Translations under genes and position numbers: made by a program | Notes under the pieces: generated by a model | The model's database searches: none | What the model was told of the DNA's origin: nothing | Seen by the model: only the letters and a program-made list of their open reading frames with translations | Shown here: piece after piece, positions 39,926 to 53,520 of the stretch | Numbering within the stretch: position 1 is the first letter of the stretch | Layout of the letters: the number at the start of each line of letters is the position of its first letter | Assembly: GCF_026210795.1 (NCBI RefSeq) | Contig: NC_089429.1 | Location: 2,976,001 to 3,040,000 of the forward strand | Reading direction: 5' to 3' | Length of the DNA stretch: 64,000 nt | Source: Rhizophagus irregularis | Lineage: Eukaryota

Positions 39926-42532
39926 TAGGACACTAGTTGAAATAGGAATATTTGGCCTCTAAAAAATTCAGCCTAAATTTGGCCAATTTTTAACTAAATT
40001 AGTAATGATATACAATTCAATCTATATTCGACTCTTATTCGATCCTGCAGAATGATAGTTGAAATGCGTATAATAAAATTAAACTATATTCAACCTAACA
40101 GAATAATGGTCGAACTATAACTTTTTTTTTACAAAAAAATATAAAAAATAATGGCTGAATTGCATACTTTTTTATTCACTTTTCTAGATAAAATAGTGGT
40201 TATACTATATTAATAATACTAAATATGATAAAAAATAATTTGTTAAAAAATGTTTTGAAATTCGAATTGGTGTAAATACCAGTTCGAATGTTATATTAAA
40301 TCAACGCAAATGAAACTTTCTATTTATAGGAATAACGGCTAAATATTCCCTGGCATTAGATCGATCCAATTTTTTGTATTTTACAGGTATAAATCGACCT
40401 AAAATATTGTGTATCAGAATTATATTGTCTCTACTGCTTAGGTAGAAACTATCTTCCCATAATTCGATGTTGCAAGTTTCGACATCATCATCAATACTGA
40501 AATGGAATTGAGATGCCAAATTTGCTGGTTTGTACCATTTGATGTAAGCCAATTTGTGTGTCAATTTACGGGAAGATAAATGAACGCTATGTTCGAAAAA
40601 AAATTGGATTTGACCTGAGTAAGTATCAACGCTATTCCCATCATGATTAATAAATTTAGCTAAGACAAATGAACTCTTAATATGTCGTGTTGCAGCAGCA
40701 GATCCAAAAGTTTCTGCACAGATTTGACATTTTCCATATCGATTCGCTCTATTGATAATGATCGTTGAATTGGGTAAATTTTCCATGAACGGTTTTCTGA
40801 ATATAAAATCTACATATGTATTCTTGTAATATTCGATAAGTAAATTGTAGATTTGTTCCTCAAGATAAATATCTTTGGATTGCAATGCTAAAAATTTACC
40901 CAGAAATTTCTCACAACCAGTAATTGGTGATTCCGATATATTTCTAGAATTCATCAAAAATTGATACATTTCATCTGTTAGAAATTCAGAAAGAGAACCG
41001 ACAAAAGGTCATTTATCGAGTAATTCGAGTCCTATTACTTCTGAACTTGAACTATTAATAATATCATTTATTTGCGCTTCGGTCATCAATTGACGCATTA
41101 GTTCAGGTTCGATTTGGCGGTGGCTATTAGGCAAAGATCCTAATAAATAATTTATTATTAATCTTTACTAAATGAAATAATATAATTCGAAAAATTGATA
41201 CAATTAAATTTGAATTACCTAATAAGCCATTCATTTATTCAAAGCTAAAGCATCAGAATGAATACAGGGGTCCGTAATCGTAAGAGCACTCACATAGATG
41301 TAATGATAGGTGGAGGTTTGGCGTTATTTTTTCTTCGCCATAGCATTCTTTGATCAATTTAATTATCTTTACCAAAAGTTCATGAGCTTCTTTCATATCG
41401 TTAATCTCCACAATTCATCTAACTAAAATCATACAACTCTTATGAAATACGTAAGAATTTTGCGATCTTTAACCGGAAGATGATTCCATAAAGCAACAGT
41501 GGCATATATTAGGAAAAAGTTGCGTCATTGGTCAGCGGTAAAGCTAGAAACCCTTCACCACAATGGATTTTACCAGGAATTTGTCCCAAATCTGATGGTA
41601 CTTTAAATTCGTCCATTTTCTTTTGAATTGATTGAAGATCTTTTTCTGTTAATACACCTTCGTCAATCCATATTCGTTTTGTTATCCATTTAGCGATTCC
41701 TAGAAAAAGGCAATGCATCGGATCTACAACAACAAAACGAATCAGATCAAAATACGGCAATCTTAATATTTCAGACCACCTTACGCTATTCTCCTTAACG
41801 AATCTCTCTCTTTCTGCGTTAGATTTGCATTATCGCCATTCTAAAGCCTTTTGACGATGCTCGACTGGATCTTTCATGATAAACCAGTCGCTCATATCCG
41901 CCATACCACCAAAATTGCGATTATTGGCCCTTTTTTTTGCATCGATGGCATGATGCAAGGGTAGAGATGTATCCGCATAATTTTTAAGCTCCAGGAATAT
42001 CTCACGAAGCAATTATTAATGCAGCTCAAATATCTTTGCCATTTGGACATTCATTAGTGCGATTAAGATTTACGTCTTCCCAAAATGATTCTAATTCCGT
42101 GATTATTGGTGAAAGGTAATGATTTACTCTATGTAATTAACCTCATTGGGCCCAGTAATATGCCGAGTATAAGCATATTTTCAGGCTTAAATCGAACATC
42201 TCGAGGTAGATTACATATTATTACGTATATTATACCTGTACTGTAAATTGTTCCTTCATACGGCTGAAATCAATCCAAATTTATCATTAATCCTAGATGA
42301 GTATCAGCCTTGTCCAGTCAGAAAAAGTTATTTGATCCTTGTTCATTTGATTCCTTAAGATTTTGCCAAATTTGCCCGTCGTATATGTTTGATAAAATAT
42401 TATCAATTACTGAACGACAAGTCCAATGCCGCAATAATTCTTCAAATCCTGGTCACTTGAACATACTAGAAAGCTGCTGTTGTATACTCAAGACCAGATA
42501 AATTAATTCAGGAACAATTGATATACTATTAT

Positions 42533-45500
42533 CTAGGGGTAGAGGGGGCCAACTTGTTTTGTTGTGTTACCTTGTATCACAATTATGAACTGTCCCCCCT
42601 GAAATTATACCGATCACATTATTCATTATATTGAAAAAAAAAATGTTGAGCCTAAAACTTTTAACATACAACGTTTTTAAAAGCCGATGTTCAAAAGTAG
42701 TTTAGTATAGTTGAAGACTATTTACTGCCAAAATTTTACAGTTATTTGTGCATTATTGGCTTTCTCGTCAGTTTAAGTAAAGCTTTAATATCTTATTCAT
42801 GTATAATCTTAGTAACTTTGATAATAAACTCCACTTTATTTAAAATTTATCTATATTTATTATTTATGTTTTCGTTATTCCATAAAAATAACCCTTCTTT
42901 TAAGAGCTTCTTCGGTAAATGGTGTGGAATTTTTTAAGTTATAAATAATTATAGGCACCAATTTTTGTTTTCTTTTATATGGCGTTGAAATTCCAAATGC
43001 CCAAATTATCCACCATATGGGCCGATTCAACGCATAAAATGGATTTGGCCAACATTATCGGATATTTTAAGGGAAATTTGGCTAACATTACGGTATTTTC
43101 GGCCAAAATTACAGCATGTCTAACAGGTGGACAACAGGTTTTTGAGGAGACGATAGATGATTATTATTATAACTTTATACTATCTTGCCAAAAATAATAA
43201 TTTTGTAACTAAAGTAAATTTGTTAAGCTTTACAATTATTTTTATATAGAAAAAAAATACTTTATTGAAATTTTTTAACAAAAATTTTAATAAATAACAA
43301 ATTTACTACTTAATGCATCAAATCGGCCCATATGAATAATTCTGAAACTAAAAATAATTTAGAAAATGAGTCTTCTGCTCCTTCAAGTTGTGCCCATACT
43401 CAAAATTGTTCTAAAACATGAGCAGGATCGGTAGGTAAATTTGCCTTCTTCATAAGGGGCTTTTTATTTTCTGTTGTTAGGTTGTTTGAGCGCATCGTTT
43501 TCAGGCTTTCTTTTAAACTTGCTGTACCTTTTTCCAGAATGTAATTATTAACGTCTCTCCATGTTTTTTGTCGACTTTTCATATAGATAGTGACGCATCT
43601 TTCATAAATAAACCCAAATTTTTCATCTTCTAATTCAACACCAGTAATATTATTTGATTTCAATGTTGTAATAAACATTTGATTTAGAGATAAGTTAGCA
43701 AGAAGACTATTTTTCACATAACACAGGATATTTGATCCTAATTCATTATGTTTCTCGAACAGTTCAATTATTAAAGATTCCAAATAATACATGAACTGAG
43801 TAAATTCGGGTCTAGGTATAATGTTAGTGATCTGTGATTTTGTTTCTGGCATATATTCAACCTTTTCTTCGCAGTGAGCTTTAAGTAAAGTATGCATAAC
43901 TTGAAATTTTGGATGGGAATTCATTACGTGATCTCTTTTGAGCAATTTGAAGAGTACCCAACCAATAATATAAGAAAATTTTAGTGATTCTGCCTGGTTC
44001 AAAGTAATAACTTTAGGAATCAAGGTAGGGTCTGCATGTTCTTGTATGTTTTTATTTTTACGAAAATTTTCCTTAAATGTTTCTTCTATCACTTCGTGGA
44101 TTAGGAAGTAGGCAACTAGTCTTCGTATAGCAGAATGATTTTGGGAAATAATTTCTTGAAATTCTGAGAACCAAATGCCAGAACATAGGTAGTTATTCAG
44201 GCTAATCTCCAAGTGAGAAACCCACACAGTCATCCAAAGACTTCCTTTTTTATTGGGAATTGATTTCAAAGCAATATCTTTAATGTTTTTTTTCCATTTT
44301 TCCAATAGAGAAATAATTCTATCATCGTAAAGGCATAAATCAAAGAGCTGTTGACGTTCTTTTTGAAGTAATAAAATTGTTTGATTTTGTTGGTTAACTT
44401 CATTACTGAAAGATGATGGCGGAGTTTCAATTTTTCCCATAAACAGATCATTCATAAGAAGATTTTCAAAGATTTGCCATGTAAATGGAGATATGCTGGA
44501 TAATCGGATAAGATGACTAGATAAAGTAGGGTGTATATTTTTATCCTTCGATATCTTTGACATTTTTTTTCTGTAATCACTTTTCAAAACAATTATTAAT
44601 AATTTTATTTATTTAAATATAAAAAAGAATGATTTAAACAGATTTAATTTATAAAAATACCTACTATCGAGTAAGACAATTAAGTTCCATTCTGGCATGA
44701 TTTGATTTTCCATAGTTAAGGCTTTGAATTTCAGTAGTTATCTTTGCGGTAATCTGAAATTTGTTTAATGCATGTCCATATCCTTTTAATGTTTGCGTGG
44801 AGGAATCTCCTCCAAGCTGTCGAATTGTGCCAAATAGTCCTTCTAACATATCCTGTGATATCCTGCGTGGTTCAATTGTTGAATTTGGATACAATACAAA
44901 AATCCTCTCAACCATTCCCAAAAAACCTTAAATAGATAAGAGTATATCGAATTGACATTGTGGGGAGATCCAGTTTATTTTGCTAGCTTTTTGCTTATCT
45001 CTAATCACAAACCAATCACGTATTTCTTTTAGAGTTTGAATACGAGAATCATTAAGACCTTCCAATGGTTTTTTGCTATGAAATATTTGCCGGTAAAGGT
45101 ATGCATAATTGATAAATTCCTAATAAAAATTCATAATATTATTATACATCAAATTTTATAATCGATATTAATTTTATCTTTAATATTAAATATTTTTACT
45201 TACTCTTGTTCCAGCTGATATTTCTTTCAGTTTATCAATTGTTCTCATTGCAACTATAACATCCTTTGATAAAGTCTGTTTAGCGAGATCAACTCTCATT
45301 TTGCTCCAAGATGTAAGCCAAACATGACGCTTTGTAAGTCTTGTAATTTTTGCTGTTGAATTTTGTACAGTATAATCATAAACACCTTGAATATGACACC
45401 AACTAACTTCATTTCCATCTATCATAATTTCTCTAATACTTTGATTTCGGCTTTCTCCAATATGACTTTTTGAAAGATTGTTTCGAAGTTTCTTAAAAAC

Positions 45501-48392
45501 GTGTGTAGGATCACTAATGAAAACCCATAGTGTACCGGTAATTGGGTTGATTATTTTATAATTTGTCCAATATGTTTGGGTATCATAAAGGGGCCTAATG
45601 TACATATTTTGAGATATTTTTACCACATTCCATTCTTCTTTACTAGACAAAATTGTAACAATAAAAGTTTGTGTTTCAGAATCAATATTCGTGATAATAG
45701 CTGTATGCCATTTATTATCCTTCAGACTTTTAAATTCTCAGAAATCATTAATATTCCAATTTTTTTTAGTAGTCATTGGTTGCCTTAATGAGTTATGATT
45801 AACTTGAAATTCATTAGAAAAGGATGGGTCCAATAAACACACTGCAAATTTACTACGATCAAGGTTAGTTGATATAATTCTTGCTCGTTCATAATTGTTT
45901 TTACCAATATTAACTTCAACAATATCTCCCGCAGACTAGAATGAAGCCCACCAGTCAAAACTTTTGATATGATTCCTATTTTCTCCAGCTTCATCACAAA
46001 CAGATCCACAAGTATGTATACTGATACATTCAAGATTAACCGCGAGATGAAAAAGAATTTTATTAATTTCATGTGCAGTAAGAGTATTAATTCCATAATA
46101 TGCTATAGGATATGCAAAGTTACAAGTAGCTGAATGCCAAACAATTTGATGTACTTGTGTTGCTAGATTCTGATCATAATCCTTTAAATTAGTAGGTAAA
46201 CTACTATTATTGACTGTTTGCAATTCCTTTTCACATTGCATTGCAAATGATTGTAATTCTTCTTTTTCATTTTCAAAATCCAAATATCCAACATAACAAT
46301 TATCTCGCTGGCTCCAAAGTAAGCCTATTATTAATATCAATTCTAATTAATTCTTTAAAACGATTTTTTAATAAGTATTTATTAGGGTAAATAACGAACC
46401 TTTTTGTATTTTAAATGAATCATAAGAGAAAAATCCAATTCGACCATAATTACTATGGACATTTTTTCCAGAATATGACGAGCAGTTTTATCTTGCCATC
46501 CTGAATGTTGTTGACTTTCATTTATATAGGTTTTTATTAAAGATATTGAAGGTAATCGCATAATACCTTTCATTGCTTTGTAAGCAACATGACCTGCACG
46601 GCTATATACAGAAATAGCCCATCGCATAAACCTAGAGAATTATAAGTAAGTCATTAATATATTTTATTTTATTTAATCAACTTTTTTAGTAGATATACTT
46701 ACATTGGGTGATATCTTACTCCATTTGCTTTTCCACTTTGAACTCTAATTAATTCCTGAAAAATTGGATTAAGAGAAGAAAGATCAATTTCATTTTTAAC
46801 AACCTTTCTAGATATATCTTGAGCAATTTGATACAGCTCTTCCGATACTTTTTCTCCTTCTTCTTCCACTTTTTGTTTAATTCGATTTTGCAAGGTATGT
46901 ATAGTTTGATTCTGATTTGCAATTTTCTTTAAAAATTACATTAACGTTAATTGCTTATATACATTTTTTATTTAATATCTTATTCTATAAATAAATACCT
47001 TTCTTTGAAATTGAACTTTTTTAGATAAAATTTCCTGGAAAGTATGCGCAACTTTAACTGGTAAATCATTCATAAGATTTCAATTTTTGATTTTTATTAA
47101 CGTGTCTTTCAATTTTTTACAATTTTCACATATATTTACTTCAGCTACTAACAAATAACAGTCCAATCTTCTATAGGCTTCATGAGGTTGACTTCGATTC
47201 TCTAAAATTGCAAAGGGTTCATGAAAATTATTGGAATTTTTTTGATTTCTCACAAGATGAGTTCCTTAAAGCTGAACTACTTTTTCAAACCCTAAAATAC
47301 AAAAAAAAAACTTTAAATCATAATTAATTAAAAATGAAAAAAAGTAATTAAATCAATACCTTCAGTCTTTTGACCTGTGCATATTTTTGCTACAGATATG
47401 TAACAAATTGTTTTCTCTATTTCTGAAAGGGTTCGTTCAGTTGCAATTCCTATTTCTATTCCATTTATTTTTTTTACACGTTTTTCCAATATATTTAGTT
47501 CGTAAAAGATTAAGTTTTCTTGCCACTTAATAATTAAATACTTTTCTATTTTCTGTTCTTTTCCAAAAAATATAACACTAATTCCTTCAACATTTTCTCT
47601 TATCCTTATATCAAAAAACTCGTGTCTTGATGTTTTAAATAATTTTATCAATAATGTAACTTCTGCTATATTTGCAGAATTATAATTTTTCCAATATGGA
47701 GTTTGCCTTGTTCTTAATAATGAAGCTAAATTAGAACCAGAAGAGTTTGGTTCAAAAAAAATTGTAGCAAGTGCTGAACGTTCGCCACTAAATATTTTTT
47801 TAATTTTGAGAAATTTGATCCAAGAAGCAAAAGTATCAAATTTTTCATTAGTTTTTTTATCAAAAACATAAAAAGTTCTGTCTTGCTTGTCGTAAATTAA
47901 AAGTCCCTCTCTATACTGTGCTTTTCTATAAAAAAAATAAACTGGTTTGCCATTAAATTCTGGTCGAAGATTATATAATTCTTGAAGGGCTTCGGGATGC
48001 TTATTTTTTTTTAGTATTTGATAGTTAGTACAGTCACTTAATACACGTTTCTAAAGGCATAAAAAGGGTTAAATTAATAAATATTTCAATTAAAGAGGCT
48101 TAAAATTTACTTTTTTTACCATAATTACGGTAATAAATTTGCCGATGGAAATTTTTTCTTTTGAGAAAAGCGCGTTTAAAATTTAAAGAACTTGTATGTG
48201 TTAAGAAAGATCTGATAGTCATCATATTTTAAGAGATGTCACATTTACTTAGTAAATTTTTTTAATTGCAAGGGTATATTGTTCGTAAATCACTATATTC
48301 TTATAGTAAAGTATATGGATTTTATATGTAGGACAGTTTTATTGATCGAATTTATTATTGTGTAACTATCAGTTGGCCCCCTCTACCCCTTG
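42533..48392 (-). mobile_element. P-element superfamily transposon
   Basis: 22-bp TIR C(T/A)AGGGGTAGAGGGGGCCAACT; 7-bp TSD CTATTAT at 42526-42532 and 48393-48399; removal restores ISLNNSISIVPE in the CACTA 2 transposase. Confidence 0.88.
43300..48122 (-). pseudogene. P-element/THAP9-like transposase, multi-exon, no THAP domain seen; 3' end approximate
   Basis: MRLPSISLIK; GSVCDEAGENR; ISDPTHVFKKLRNN; KMRVDLAKQTLS; RRISQDMLEGLFGTIRQLGG; SYIIGWV. Confidence 0.85.
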
Positions 48393-48858
48393 CTATTATT
48401 TAAAGAAATTTTCTTTCTTAAAGGAGTTTGACATTGCTTTAATCTCTTTGTAGCCGAATTTGGAAATTCGACATGGCTGCATTTCATAATAGTATTATCA
48501 TCATTTGATATTATATCCTCTTTTTTGTATAATTTGTGGCATTTTTGGCAAGCTGCAAATTGCGTAAATCGATCGATAAGTCCTAACGCTTTTCTTAACA
48601 TATATAATGAATTTGGAAATGATTCGGGATTGATATTTTTACACACTTTCAATATTATTTTAATAAATTGTATTAATTCTTCAATTGCGGTATTTGGTAT
48701 GTTATGACTTGACCTGAACTTCATAATCCATATCAAAATCCCCTTAATTAGTTCATCTGTTGGTAATTCTGAAATATTCGGTGTATCTGAAATATCTGGT
48801 ATGTAGAACATAGGATGAGAATAATTCTCAAAATTACTTGAAAATTCGTTATCATCAT

Positions 48859-49728
48859 TAGAGATGCGATCCGAAATCCGAAAATTCGGATCATCCACCA
48901 ATCCATCCGATCTGAACAGATAATGGATGCATCCGGATGGATTAAGGATATCCGTTTTAATCCGAAACAGCATCCAATGATCGTACAGAGATGCACAATA
49001 GCTCATTCGAATCATCGTAATGAGACGATTTGAATGAGCTATTGTGCATCTCTGTACGATCACTGGATGCCGAGATATTCGGCAAAACGTCAAACATCGG
49101 CATTTTTATTTTACGATTATGCAAAATTTTACGTTTTGCCGAATATCTCGGCATCCAGTGATCGTACAGAGATGCACAATAGCTTATTCGGATCGTCTCA
49201 ATGCAACGATTCGAATGAGCTATAGTACATCCCTGTACGATCGTTGGATGCCGAGATATTCGGCAAAACGTCAAAAATCGGCATTTTTTATTTACGATAC
49301 TACCGATTTTTGACGGTTTGCCGAATATCTCGGCATCCAACGATCGTACAGGAATGTACTATAGCTCATTCGAATCGTTGCACTGAGACGATCCGAATAA
49401 GCTATTGTGCATCTCTGTACGATCACTAGATCCCGAGATATTCGGCAAAACGTAAAATTTTGCATGATCGTAAAATAAAAATGCCGATGTTTCACGTTTT
49501 GCCAATTATCTCGGCATCCAGTGATCGTACAGAGATGTACTATAGCTCATTCGAATCGTCTCAATGCAACGATTCGAATGAGCTATAGTGCATCTCTATA
49601 CGATCGTTGGATGCCGAGATACCCAAAAATTTGAAGTTAATCCGGATTATCCAAATTTAATCCTATGATAATCCGGATTGATCTGTGCGGATCACGGATT
49701 GTAAAATTTCATCCGGATCGCATCTCTA
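48859..49728. mobile_element. hAT-type non-autonomous element made of a nested palindrome array
   Basis: TIR TAGAGATGCGATCCG / CGGATCGCATCTCTA; TSD ATCATCAT at 48851-48858 and 49729-49736; ~181-bp period of alternating hairpins. Confidence 0.92.
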
Positions 49729-50822
49729 ATCATCATTATTAGAAGAATCTTCTTGTATCGAAGATTCACTAGTGTAGATATCATCCGTGTTATATTCAGT
49801 TGATTCAGCGACTTGCTCAACTTCAGTAATATCACGAAGTGTGCCTGTTTTTGACCTTTTTTACGTGAAAGAAATACATATTGTTGTTCCTCATACGTAT
49901 CATTATCAGAATATGTATCAATAGATATTGTCATATCTTGTGGTTCTACTAACGATATTGTTGTATCTTGTGGTTCTACTAACGATATTGTTGTATCTCG
50001 TGGTTCTACTAACGATATTGTCGAATCAATCAGTTCTACTAACTCTTGAGACGTTAGAGCCTTATCAGAATTTAATAGTTCTAAAGAATTCGTTTGCTCA
50101 TGTCTCTCCTTTATGCGTGGATCAATCATTTTCCCATTACAATTGCTGCAATAGCACAGAACCTTCGATCTTAGTTTTCTGGTCGTAAATTCGGCATAAG
50201 TTCGTTCAGAAGTTGAAGAACTCAGATTATTATATTCGTTCAAGATATTAGCAGCAATGCGTTTTCTTCTCCCTTTATTCATTTTTTGATAAAAGTTAAA
50301 GTTGTAATATGTTTTTATGTTGAATAAAATTGTAATTATTAATATCAAATTTTTAGTGATGTCAAATTTTTAGTAATATTGTGATTTTTTATATTCCGTT
50401 TTTAAAATGATATTGATGGTATAGTTAAAAAACCATACAAAATTTGAATGAAATAGACAAAAAATTGAGAAAAATTGGACACACAAAGCTGAATGGAAAA
50501 TTGAACGAAAATTAGACTTTCAATTAATGAAACAGTTAAAAATAAAACATACGTACACCATACTATTTAATTTGATTTAACTGTTTCATTAATTGAAAGT
50601 CTAATTTGATGCGAAAGTTTAATTTTGATTGATGAAAAAGTTTAAGTCTGATTTGATCTGTTTAATTAATTGAAAGTCTAATTTGATACAAATGTTTAAG
50701 TGAAATTAATCGTTGATTGTTAAAAGTCTAATTTGATAGTAAAAAATAGATATAAAAGGTGGACCAATTTCTTCGTCCGTACAAAAAATATCTTTCTTTT
50801 TTTTTGAAAAAAAAAACCAATA

Positions 50823-51695
50823 ATGACTCGTAAGAAACCATCGAAACCAAATACTTTTCCACCAAATATTGCTGAGTCGTCAACACCAGCACCACAAAAT
50901 ATTGCTTCTTCAACACCAACACCTCCAAGTATTACCACTTCGTCAACACCAACACCTCCAAATATTACTTCTTTAACACCGGCATCACGATCGTCAATAT
51001 CAGCATCACGAAATATTGCCACTTCGTCAACACTAACACCTTCAAATATTGCTTCTTCAATACCAGCATCACGATCGTCAATATCAGCATCACGAAATAT
51101 TGCCACTTCGTCAACATCAACACCTCCAAATATTGCTTCTTCAACACCAGCATCACGATCATCAACATCAGCATCACAAAATATTGCTACTTTGTCAACA
51201 CCAACACCTCCAAATATTGCTTCTTCAACACCAGCATCACAATCGTCAACATCAGCATCACAAAATATTGCCACTTCGTCAACACTAACACCTCCAAATA
51301 TTGCTTCTTCAACACTAACACCTCCAAATATTGCCACTTCATCAACACCAACACCACAAAATATTGCTTCTTCAACACCAACACCTTCAAATATTGCTTC
51401 TTCAACACCGGCATCACGATCGTTAATATTAGCATCACGTTTTTCAACACGTAATATTACTACTTCGTCAACACTATCAACACGAAATACTAATACTACA
51501 GTTTTTTCATCTCCCTTTAAACTCGTTATTCTGCCAGATATTTCAGCCTCAATAGGTCAAACTCAATCTCAATCTCAACAAAATTTAACGACTTCAGATC
51601 TTATTAAAAGATATCCTAATATTAATGTACCAAAAAGTTATCGTTCACATCACGAAGAATTCAAAAATACTTCTATGATACCTATATACATATAA
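50823..51695 (+). CDS. Ser/Thr/Pro-rich repeat protein (PPNIASSTPT / ASRSSISAS units), probable N-terminus of the CACTA 2 accessory gene
   Basis: 290-aa ORF with ATG, divergent from the CACTA 2 transposase as in CACTA 1. Confidence 0.6.
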   Translation: MTRKKPSKPNTFPPNIAESSTPAPQNIASSTPTPPSITTSSTPTPPNITSLTPASRSSISASRNIATSSTLTPSNIASSIPASRSSISASRNIATSSTSTPPNIASSTPASRSSTSASQNIATLSTPTPPNIASSTPASQSSTSASQNIATSSTLTPPNIASSTLTPPNIATSSTPTPQNIASSTPTPSNIASSTPASRSLILASRFSTRNITTSSTLSTRNTNTTVFSSPFKLVILPDISASIGQTQSQSQQNLTTSDLIKRYPNINVPKSYRSHHEEFKNTSMIPIYI

Positions 51696-52471
51696 AAAAT
51701 TATGCTTTATTATAGATATAATCATGCTAATTAGATAATTTTTAATTGTATTATCATTACCTTATTGTACGAATTGTCATACCAGCTAAATTCTTACAGA
51801 ATAAATCCAATGCTTTTAAACTAATACTTCTCAACACTATAAGAAAATTTAAAAATTCAGTTGAATATTTGAAATTTCGTAAGCCTTTTCCTTGTTCTTC
51901 ACGTTCTGCAGCTTGTAACATAATATAGCAAAGTCCTTTAAATACTGGTTTTTGGTCAAATGTACCTTGAACGGATTTATTAGCAAGTTCCATCCAAAAT
52001 CTTACAGATGAATCCTCAGTATCAAAAAATTCATTTAATTGTTTAATATGACCATTTTTTAGATATGTTAATAATAGATTATTTTCATAATAAAATTTCA
52101 GTGTAAATTTAGTATTTTTTAGATCGGAAACAGCACAATACAAATGATTCAAAAAGTTGAATTAAAATAAATATGGGAACATGATGAACAGGGTACCTAT
52201 AAGTTTTTTTCTTACAATTAACTGATCGAATGCACATTTCTAAATTAAACGTCAGTATTAATAAATTAATAAATGATCATCATACGTTAACTAATTTTTC
52301 TTTTTAACCAAGAACGATCAACTAATGAATTCTGATTCAACGATCATTTGCTGATTAAAATCAGTTATTTCTTCCTTATTGAGCTTTTTGAAATTAAATG
52401 GTAGTTTATTTGGAAACTTATTTGGAAACATTTCTTTTTCAATTACTTCTCGTCATCATACACCTTTATAT

Positions 52472-52849
52472 CACAGGTCAAAAAGTGGAAAATCAGGCAT
52501 CAATCAGTCACCAATCAGGCAGTTTGCTAACTTTTGATCCAGTGATCAGGAAAAAATGAAATATAGCTCATTGGAATCGTCTCAATAAGACGAATCTAAT
52601 GGTAGTAAAATCGCATTTCTAGGATTAATACTTGATGAGAAATTAAGTAAAATATAAAAATAAAAATGTATCATTTATATTTTATTTAATTTTTTATTAA
52701 CTATTAATCCTAGAGATGCGATTTTACTACTATTAGATTCGTCTTATTGAGACGATTCCAATGAGCTATATTTCATTTTTTTCTGATCACTGGATCAAAA
52801 GTTAGCAAACTGCCTGATTGGTGCCTGATTTTTCACTTTTCGATCTGTG
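52472..52849. mobile_element. Palindromic CACAGG MITE, copy 1 (CACTA/CMC-like)
   Basis: CACAGGTCAAAAAGTG..CACTTTTCGATCTGTG; TSD TAT; nearly the whole element is an inverted repeat. Confidence 0.88.
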
Positions 52850-52852
52850 TAT

Positions 52853-53484
52853 TGTTATCCTGTCAACGATTAAAGCCGACTGAAAAACTTTAACGCTTTA
52901 ACAGGTTAACTGGAGTTTAACTTAATAAGAGAGTCTTAAGTTGATCACAAATAATCACGTGAAATAACGTTGAATGTTCAGTTAAAGAAAATAGGTTTTT
53001 ATTAAAATAATATAAGATTTTGAATACGACAAAAATATAGATAATCTCTTGGTTGCGAAATTAACTATCTTGAATTATACTACTGGGAATAATACTCTTT
53101 TCGTATAACTCGAAAACTACAATACAATTCTTAACTAACTAACTGACCTCACTAACTGACCTCCTCCTACTTGGTAAAATCCTATCACTATTTATAATAA
53201 AATAAAAATCAAGAATATTTGATAAAATAAATAAATCAAATATAATAAATAAATAAAATAAATAAAATAAAATAAATAAATAAGATAAAATAAATATATC
53301 AAATAAATAAAATATAACAAATAAAATAAATAAAATTAATAAAATAAATAAATCAAATATATCAAATTTATCAGATTTATCAAATAAATCAAGAAAATCA
53401 AGAAAATCGAAAAAATCAAGAGATCTACAAAATGATCTACAAAATTGATCTACAAAATTACTGCGTCACATTTCTATTTTAACA
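52853..53484 (-). repeat. 3' LTR
   Basis: Matches 61341-61972; one difference seen (53429 A vs 61917 G). Confidence 0.97.
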
Positions 53485-53497
53485 CTTTCCCCCCCTT
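53485..53497 (-). promoter_or_regulatory. Polypurine tract
   Basis: Purine run AAGGGGGGGAAAG on the minus strand directly abutting the 3' LTR. Confidence 0.9.
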
Positions 53498-53520
53498 AAA
53501 GAACGAACTCCTGTGAGTCT

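Larger units (their letters stand above)
40301..50282 (-). pseudogene. CACTA 2 transposase, paralog of 13335-16569, interrupted by the P element and a hAT MITE
   Basis: CYCSNC..KERH; CQKCHKLY..CSHVEFPNS; NIYDGQIW; INLDWFQPY; DPMHCLFLGIAKW; YLAVIPINRKF. Confidence 0.9.
39931..51720 (-). mobile_element. CACTA transposon 2; left end visible, right end not found (truncated, end coordinate approximate)
   Basis: Begins CACTAGTTGAAAT, similar to the CACTA 1 TIR; same transposase plus divergent repeat-rich gene layout. Confidence 0.75.

Noticed and set aside
48748..49495. Multiple ORFs on both strands
   Set aside because: Artefacts of the palindromic MITE sequence.
48965..49625. CRISPR-like repeat/spacer appearance
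   Set aside because: Spacers are related or inverted copies of each other, units are long palindromes inside a TSD-bounded eukaryotic element, and there are no cas genes.
50720..51450. Several overlapping minus-strand and alternative-frame ORFs
   Set aside because: Shadows of the stop-poor tandem repeat in the 50823-51695 ORF.
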